This document shows, piece after piece, positions 57,842 through 64,000 of a stretch of 64,000 nucleotides of DNA (the stretch's first letter is position 1; every line of letters starts with the position of its first letter). Both the position numbers and the translations under genes were made by a program. Below the pieces are notes generated by a model, which ran no database searches, had not been told where the DNA came from, and saw nothing but the letters and a program-made list of their open reading frames with translations. The DNA comes from an uncultured virus (IMG/VR IMGVR_UViG_3300044805_000534) (lineage: Duplodnaviria > Heunggongvirae > Uroviricota > Caudoviricetes), in the IMG/VR virus record IMGVR_UViG_3300044805_000534; one strand, 5' to 3'.

Positions 57842-58918
57842 GTGAGAATCATTGAATCTTTTACAGGATTTTTAAAAATACAGGAAATGGGAGGTTGGGC
57901 AACAACAAAAACTCAGGGGACTAAAATTACACCAACTGTTCTACAGGAGTCAGTTAAAGTATTGGAATTTATTTTTGGTAAATTTAATACTCATCTAGAA
58001 AAATTGGATATGGCTCCGCTAAAAGTACTTGGTCCAGGTGGATCTGGCGTTTATTTTAAACAGGATTTAGAAGAGAACCCAGACAAAGCATACGGCGACG
58101 TTGACATTTTAGTTGAATATCCATTAACTGAACCTCAATCAAGACGAGTTGAAATTGATACCATGAAAGAATACAATCAGCTTATGCTGAAGTGGATTCA
58201 GGCAAATCCTCAACCTGAAATTGATGCAGAGGAGAGCGATGCAATTTCAGATGGCAGTCTAAAACTTGTAATTAACCTAAGCGCAGGCCCAGTTCAAGTT
58301 GATATTATTCCAACATTTACCTATTCAGCCGAATGGGCAAAGGCTCGATATACTCCAATTAGAGGAATTAAAGGTTTTGTAGTAGGATTTTTATATCAAT
58401 CTTTTGGCAATGCGCTAGACGTATCTGTTACTGATCGTGGAGTTGTTGCTAAAATTAAAAATGGAGAATTGGTTGGACCCAATATGCGTAAAGATGTTGA
58501 GGAAAAGATTATCACAAGAGATTTCTCTAAATTTATTTTACATCTTGCTGAATTTGTTGATGAATTCTCTGGAACTAAACGCGAACTTGTAATTGATGAT
58601 TACCTAAATGAACATCCTGGAATTGATGTAACACAACTTTCACTTGAACAAATTTGTAATGGAATCTTAGGATTTGCCAGAACTCTTGAAAAAACTGGCA
58701 CGTATGATTTACCAAATTTTAAGTATAATAGTTCAAAGGAACTTTTAGAAGAGGTTGTTAAGATTTATGCACAAAAACTACATAAACACAGAACTTCATC
58801 TAAATACGATAAAGCCTTAACTGATTTAGCTAACCAACAGAAAGATAAAGTAATGCAAGACGCTGAAACTGCATTCGAGTATGTTAGTAATAAACTATTA
58901 GATGGAACAAATATTTAG
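57842..58918 (+). CDS. Pol-beta-superfamily nucleotidyltransferase-like protein with N-terminal leader
   Basis: GPGGSG..., YGDVDILV, VQVDII; GTG start, leader MRIIESFTGFLKIQE. Confidence 0.65.
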   Translation: MRIIESFTGFLKIQEMGGWATTKTQGTKITPTVLQESVKVLEFIFGKFNTHLEKLDMAPLKVLGPGGSGVYFKQDLEENPDKAYGDVDILVEYPLTEPQSRRVEIDTMKEYNQLMLKWIQANPQPEIDAEESDAISDGSLKLVINLSAGPVQVDIIPTFTYSAEWAKARYTPIRGIKGFVVGFLYQSFGNALDVSVTDRGVVAKIKNGELVGPNMRKDVEEKIITRDFSKFILHLAEFVDEFSGTKRELVIDDYLNEHPGIDVTQLSLEQICNGILGFARTLEKTGTYDLPNFKYNSSKELLEEVVKIYAQKLHKHRTSSKYDKALTDLANQQKDKVMQDAETAFEYVSNKLLDGTNI

Positions 58919-59531
58919 TGCAGAAAACACATTTGACAGAGCCACCACTTGGTTCATTAGCGATTTACATATAGGACATGGAAATGTCTTACGATTCGAA
59001 GAAGGATTACACAACTTTGCTGATATTAAAGAGCACGACCAAACCATTGCCAAAAACTGGCATGAGACAGTAGGCGAAGACGATCACGTTTTTTTCTTAG
59101 GTGATCTTGCAATGGAGCGAACTAAATTTAAACACATTCGTGAAAACCTAGGAAAATTTGGAAAACTTCCTGGAAAAGTCCACTGGATTATTGGTAACCA
59201 TGATCTTCACATAGATCAAGCCTGGCTCTATAATTTAAGAGAAGTAATGGATATTGTAGAATTTACAAACTACAAAGAAATTATGATTAAAGACGATAGC
59301 GATTGGGGTTTTAAAAGATTTGTGCTATTTCACTATCCTCTTTATGAATGGAATGGCAAATATCGTGGAGCATACCACCTATATGGACACTCTCACAGGC
59401 ACATCCACCCATTAGCGGGAACCATGTCAGCTTGTGCGTGTATAACAGATTATAAACCAGTCAACGTCGATTGGATGATTGACAAGATAGAAGAACTACG
59501 ATGCAAACTAACGACACAATTAAGCGAGTAA
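58902..59531 (+). CDS. Calcineurin-like metallophosphoesterase
   Basis: SDLHIGH, LGD, GNHD, HYP, GHSH. Confidence 0.92.
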   Translation: MEQIFSAENTFDRATTWFISDLHIGHGNVLRFEEGLHNFADIKEHDQTIAKNWHETVGEDDHVFFLGDLAMERTKFKHIRENLGKFGKLPGKVHWIIGNHDLHIDQAWLYNLREVMDIVEFTNYKEIMIKDDSDWGFKRFVLFHYPLYEWNGKYRGAYHLYGHSHRHIHPLAGTMSACACITDYKPVNVDWMIDKIEELRCKLTTQLSE

Positions 59532-60256
59532 CGCTTAACAATAAAAGATATTACCAAGTAAATTCTGAAGAACATGGTCAATTGGGACCATTTCCAAGTG
59601 TAACGACTATTTTAGGATCAACTGCCGATACTACAGGTATTGATAAATGGAAAGAACGGGTTGGCGAAGCTGAGGCAACTCGAGTAAGTCAAAATGCACT
59701 AGACCGTGGCAATATTATGCACAGACTTTGCGAAATTTATCTTAATCTTCCAGGTTCAATGACTACTCAAACTCGATTAGAGGAAACATTGGGACTTACC
59801 CGATTAGACGAGGAAATTGACAAACAGGATAATCGTGCTAAGATTGTTGGCGGAATGATGTTCTATAATTACATTAGATCAGGTTCGTTTGACCGAATCA
59901 AGAAAACTGTAATGCAGGAACAGTTTCTGTGGACTCATAGAAACGGCGGATATGCTGGAACTGTTGATAATGTTTCAGAATTAGTTGATGGTTCGTTTGC
60001 GGTAATTGATTTTAAAACTTCACGTAAACCAAAAAGGGAAGAGTGGATTGAAGATTATAAACTTCAAGTTGCAGCGTACTCAGTTGCGGTTTGGGATAGA
60101 TATAAAATTAAGATTTCTCAGGCACAGATTTGGATCTCTAACGAGCAAACAATGGATCCTCAATATTTCGAAATGAATACTGAGGATCTTAAATTGTATT
60201 ATAATAAATTCTTAGAAAGGCTTGATAAATTCTACGAAATGTTTCCTGTTAATTAA
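59501..60256 (+). CDS. PD-(D/E)XK exonuclease
   Basis: PSVTTIL, W.ERVG, RG..MH, AGTVD, IDFKTS, LQVAAY. Confidence 0.85.
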   Translation: MQTNDTIKRVTLNNKRYYQVNSEEHGQLGPFPSVTTILGSTADTTGIDKWKERVGEAEATRVSQNALDRGNIMHRLCEIYLNLPGSMTTQTRLEETLGLTRLDEEIDKQDNRAKIVGGMMFYNYIRSGSFDRIKKTVMQEQFLWTHRNGGYAGTVDNVSELVDGSFAVIDFKTSRKPKREEWIEDYKLQVAAYSVAVWDRYKIKISQAQIWISNEQTMDPQYFEMNTEDLKLYYNKFLERLDKFYEMFPVN

Positions 60257-62064
60257 TAGGCAACGATTTTACGTAGTGCAGCAACCCTAATTGCAATTTT
60301 TCTTGCACGACCGCTTGTATTATCAAAAACTCTTAAGTAAATATACTCTTCGTTTCTAGCACGGTTAACTACATAATAGTCAACTGGTGCAACAATTCCA
60401 TAATATGTATTATGCGATGCAATATAGAGCATTTCGTTTGGTGTAGTTGCACGCTTGCTATCAAATCTTTCTAAACGGAATCTTGTAAGACCTAATCCAT
60501 CAATTGGTTCTTCGATTGAATATCCATTGATTGTATTTAAATAGTTGGTTCTAACTGGTGCAAATACTGGTGTAGATTTTCTTCTATTAAATCTATCCAT
60601 TTGATCTGGTGAAAGTGCAATATCTGTCATTTGACCACGCTTAAGTTGCTTGGTACCGTATGTTCCACCTGGACTACGACCTTCTAGTGATGCTTTATAT
60701 TGATCGTCTAAGAAAGTTTCTACGCTTGGCCCAAATCTTTCTTCATTTTGTGCACGCTGTATTTGACGTTCAGCTTCAATTCTTTCGCGCTCTTCTCTTT
60801 CAGTACGTTCCCTTTCTTCACGTTCAGCTCTTATTCTAGCTGCAACTTCTGGATCAATTAGGTTTATAATAAAATCTTTAACTATTCGCCAATCAGTTGA
60901 ACTATATCTGCTTCTAATCACAGTTGAATCATCCTCGATTCCTGGGATTTGTGCAGGATCTACTTTAACAAATTGAGCTTTAATTGCTTCAGGATTATTG
61001 TTACAGGTTCTAGTATCAAAAGAAGAAAGTTGGCTTGCCTCGCTACCTCTTTCAACCCAATCAATATAATTTGGAACTGTAATTGCAATTACAGTATTAT
61101 TAAGAACTCCGGCTAATACCCTAACTGGAATTGAGGTATCTCTGCCGTTTGCATATTGTCTAACATAAACAATATCTCCAATTTCTGGTTGAGCTTCCCA
61201 TTGAATTCCTCGTTCAGTGCCATATGCTCTTGCGCGTTCAGCTGCTTCAAGATTTTCTCTTTCTCTACGTTCGCGTTCTAATCTTTCTCTTTCAGCTGGA
61301 TCAAACCTTGCCATTACATCAGCTGGTAAAATAGCTTTTAATTCATCATCAATTCCAAAATTTCTTGGAGTTACATTATTGTAGCTAACATTATTATCTA
61401 GGAAACTTGTTGCAAATCTAATTTTTTGATCATTACTGATTGTTTTAATCATTGCAAATACACAGTCTGGTCCAAGAATTGCATGTACGTCATCCTCACT
61501 AAGGGATCCGTCTGCATTTAATTTTGGAGAAATTAAAGATGCCCATGCATTATCTTTTTCTAGGGTTCCAGCCGTATTTGATTTTAACCATTTCTTTTGT
61601 TCAAGTAGGGCTCTATACAATTTATAACCAAGCCGAGCTCCTCTGAGCGAACTTGGAATTCCTCCACCTGGAAAGTGTGAACGACCGCTTGAGTCTACTT
61701 CCATATGAATACAGTCGCTTTGGTTATTAGCATCAGCCCATTTACCAAAATTACTATTCATATAATTACTAATAAATGAATCGCCGCCTCCAGTAATTTT
61801 ACCTTTAGCCTCAGTATAGATTGCCATAATTGGTGCAGGCAGCAGTGGATAGAATGAGCTTCCTCTGGTTTGCCAGGTAATTTCTCTCCAATTTAAATTA
61901 ACCAAAGCTTCTTGAAAGCTTTTAGCCAATGGCGCAATTTCTCTAGCAAGGGCTTGACGGTCCTTTGCCTTCTTTAGATAATTATCTGGAAACTGTTCTG
62001 GCTGTAGAGCCATTTCTTCGACTTGATTAGACTCTAGTACTAGGTCCAGGAATGATTTGTGCAT
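60253..62064 (-). CDS. Multidomain protein with N-terminal GNAT-like acetyltransferase domain and E/R-rich helical linkers
   Basis: IPSSLRGARLGYKLYRALL resembles GNAT acetyl-CoA-binding motif A; two ERERxER tracts; leader MHKSFLDLVLE. Confidence 0.55.
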   Translation of the reverse strand: MHKSFLDLVLESNQVEEMALQPEQFPDNYLKKAKDRQALAREIAPLAKSFQEALVNLNWREITWQTRGSSFYPLLPAPIMAIYTEAKGKITGGGDSFISNYMNSNFGKWADANNQSDCIHMEVDSSGRSHFPGGGIPSSLRGARLGYKLYRALLEQKKWLKSNTAGTLEKDNAWASLISPKLNADGSLSEDDVHAILGPDCVFAMIKTISNDQKIRFATSFLDNNVSYNNVTPRNFGIDDELKAILPADVMARFDPAERERLERERRERENLEAAERARAYGTERGIQWEAQPEIGDIVYVRQYANGRDTSIPVRVLAGVLNNTVIAITVPNYIDWVERGSEASQLSSFDTRTCNNNPEAIKAQFVKVDPAQIPGIEDDSTVIRSRYSSTDWRIVKDFIINLIDPEVAARIRAEREERERTEREERERIEAERQIQRAQNEERFGPSVETFLDDQYKASLEGRSPGGTYGTKQLKRGQMTDIALSPDQMDRFNRRKSTPVFAPVRTNYLNTINGYSIEEPIDGLGLTRFRLERFDSKRATTPNEMLYIASHNTYYGIVAPVDYYVVNRARNEEYIYLRVFDNTSGRARKIAIRVAALRKIVAY

Positions 62065-62144
62065 AGTTTATTAAATATTTCTATAGATATTTATTTGGGT
62101 TCAAAATATTTTTCTAGAGTATAAAAAATAAAAATTCGGTACCT

Positions 62145-62882
62145 GTGATACACAAGAGCATTTTAATAAAGTCCGATGGATTCTATCAAGTTGATTGGGA
62201 TCCAGAAACTGGCCAGCCCATTAAAGAAACCAGAATAACTGGAAGACTATCAAGCTATTTTGGTAATTTTGCTGAATTTGATAATGACGTTACAGTTAGC
62301 AATCTTCTTTTAATAATTGGAGACTTTGCTGATGAAGTTAACTTAATTTTTAATGGTTATCTTAATGAAGTAGATTTTGACCTTTTTTTACAAGAGGCGT
62401 ATATGGCCTCAATTAAACAACCGGCGCTCGATTATATCGAATTGGCGTGGAAAGTCAGAATGACGGCATCTTCGGATATGACGATTTTAGATATTGTTCC
62501 AAATCTACTTGGAGTTAGCACAATAGTAGGCAGTGACTCGGATGTTATTACTGACCTAGATTTTATTATGTTAAGGGACCTATGTAAATTTGTAATATGC
62601 GAACAGACTGCTCTAGATATTCCAAACGATCAAACTTATGAAATTGCAGTTGAAGCTGAACGCAGATGGACCCTATTTGATATTATTTCTGGGTTTTTGC
62701 TTGAAATTGCAAGGTACGGTTCGCCAGAAGAAAAAGAATATATGATTGACGAACTAAATAAAGAAGCTAAGCTTTCATTTACTGAATTAATGGAATATGT
62801 TGATGAAATTGAAGAGCTTAGTAAAGAAATAGAAATCGGCTCACCAGATGATTTCTTAGATGATGAGGACGATGACAACTAG
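62145..62882 (+). CDS. Hypothetical acidic protein
   Basis: 245 aa; GTG start; divergent from the GNAT-like gene. Confidence 0.6.
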   Translation: MIHKSILIKSDGFYQVDWDPETGQPIKETRITGRLSSYFGNFAEFDNDVTVSNLLLIIGDFADEVNLIFNGYLNEVDFDLFLQEAYMASIKQPALDYIELAWKVRMTASSDMTILDIVPNLLGVSTIVGSDSDVITDLDFIMLRDLCKFVICEQTALDIPNDQTYEIAVEAERRWTLFDIISGFLLEIARYGSPEEKEYMIDELNKEAKLSFTELMEYVDEIEELSKEIEIGSPDDFLDDEDDDN

Positions 62883-63069
62883 TTACCTAATTCGGGTTCC
62901 AAATGAGTCCCTGGCAGTCACCAGAGTAGCCCTGGAGCAGCTAGAGAGTCTAATTGAATACGAATACCCAGGTGCCATTTTTACAGATCTTTTGGTATTA
63001 TTAGATATAGAAAGGCTAGACCAATTGGTCTCGGCCATTTCTGGTATCACTATATTACAAGGATTATGA
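62872..63069 (+). CDS. Hypothetical protein
   Basis: About 65 aa; ATGA overlap with the downstream deacetylase. Confidence 0.5.
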   Translation: MTTSYLIRVPNESLAVTRVALEQLESLIEYEYPGAIFTDLLVLLDIERLDQLVSAISGITILQGL

Positions 63070-64000
63070 GAAAAAATACAATTAAAGTACACTACACACC
63101 TAAACAGGTCCTAGCAAAGGACTCCGGTGGTAATTTTAGCAAGTCTCCGCTAAAACCAAAGAGGTTACTTGAAAATTTTGAGGCAGAGGGATTAGGCGAA
63201 CATTTTGATATTGTTGAAGATTTTACACCATATACAAATAAAGATTTTAAGATTGCCCACACTAAAAGATATGTAAATTCATTCTTTAGTGGACAAAAAG
63301 GCTGTGAATCAAATGGACTCGACTGGTCTACTCAATTTGCAGAGTCAGTTCGCTATACTAATGCATCACTGCACGCTGCAATACGGGGTTCTATTGTAGA
63401 ACCAGATCAGGTTCATTTTAGTCCAACTAGCGGATTTCACCATGCTCGACCAGATGGAGGCAGCGGCTTCTGTACATTTAGTGGTCAAGTTATTGCATCA
63501 ATTAAAATCCTACAAGAGTTTGGATTAAGCGGAGCTTATTTAGATCTAGACGGACACTTTGGAAATTCGGTTGAAGATGCTAGGGCATTTGTTAAAGATT
63601 TAGATAAAGCTGTTCCTTCTGAATTTAATATTAATCCAATTGGCAGAGGTACTTCATATATTAATAATCTTAAATGGAATCTACAAAAATTAGAAGAGGC
63701 TATCTTAACTGGCCAAATTGGATATGTTGTATGGTGTCATGGTGCAGACTCGCATGAATGGGATGATTTAGGATTTCAGTGTTCAACTGAACAATGGTTA
63801 GAGTGCTCTACAATTTTTTGGAATTGGGTTAAATCCATGGATAAAAAGTTAGGCAGGCCTCTTCCAGTAAGTTGCGCTCTATTTGGAGGATATCGTAAAG
63901 ACGATTATCAAAGTGTCTTGAATTTGCATACAGCGGACTTTGTTGAGTGCATGAATATTTTGCTTAACCTTGAGGTTAAATATACTATAAAGGTACAGCC
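63066..64000 (+). CDS. Histone-deacetylase-family (Zn-dependent) deacetylase, 3'-truncated; not in the ORF track
   Basis: Hand translation from ATG 63066 gives SGFHHA, GFCTF, YLDLDGHFGN, HGADSH..DDLG and FGGY; open to the window end. Confidence 0.9.
   Translation, partial: MRKNTIKVHYTPKQVLAKDSGGNFSKSPLKPKRLLENFEAEGLGEHFDIVEDFTPYTNKDFKIAHTKRYVNSFFSGQKGCESNGLDWSTQFAESVRYTNASLHAAIRGSIVEPDQVHFSPTSGFHHARPDGGSGFCTFSGQVIASIKILQEFGLSGAYLDLDGHFGNSVEDARAFVKDLDKAVPSEFNINPIGRGTSYINNLKWNLQKLEEAILTGQIGYVVWCHGADSHEWDDLGFQCSTEQWLECSTIFWNWVKSMDKKLGRPLPVSCALFGGYRKDDYQSVLNLHTADFVECMNILLNLEVKYTIKVQ

Noticed and set aside
59501..60256. Cas4 / CRISPR-associated gene
   Set aside because: PD-(D/E)XK motifs are present, but there is no Fe-S Cys cluster, array or other cas gene; a common phage exonuclease
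1..64000. Stop-codon reassignment as in some large phages
   Set aside because: Conserved genes are full length in code 11, and TAA, TAG and TGA all end genes at sensible positions

Overview
AT-rich, gene-dense, mostly + strand segment of a large T4-like tailed phage (jumbo-phage style) in the standard genetic code. A Bacteroidota host is likely: there is a Bacteroidota-type bS21, a DUF3127-like SSB, and gene starts lack Shine-Dalgarno sites. Layout: 1-23 kb is an adsorption module (two giant mosaic tail fibres with S74 chaperone ends, a Cys-rich FN3+Hint protein, five LamG paralogues). 23.7-42 kb holds tail, baseplate and packaging genes (gp15-, gp6-, gp26/gp51-like, terminase), PhoH, an ECF-type sigma factor and a complete minus-strand tmRNA. 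42-64 kb holds FkbM methyltransferase + glycosyltransferase, bS21, NUDIX, ligase, guanylate kinase, UvsE, Fpg/Nei, nucleases, a GNAT-like protein and an HDAC-family deacetylase. The best candidate for an undescribed system is a dispersed set of about nine unrelated proteins, including two Pol-beta-fold nucleotidyltransferases, NUDIX, a HAD nucleotidase, the GNAT and a pre-toxin-TG-like protein. They share an N-terminal leader resembling the T4 capsid-targeting sequence, and most sit directly behind a late-type ATAAATA motif, suggesting a virion-packaged, injected enzyme payload. All product calls come from motif recognition by eye; no searches were run.
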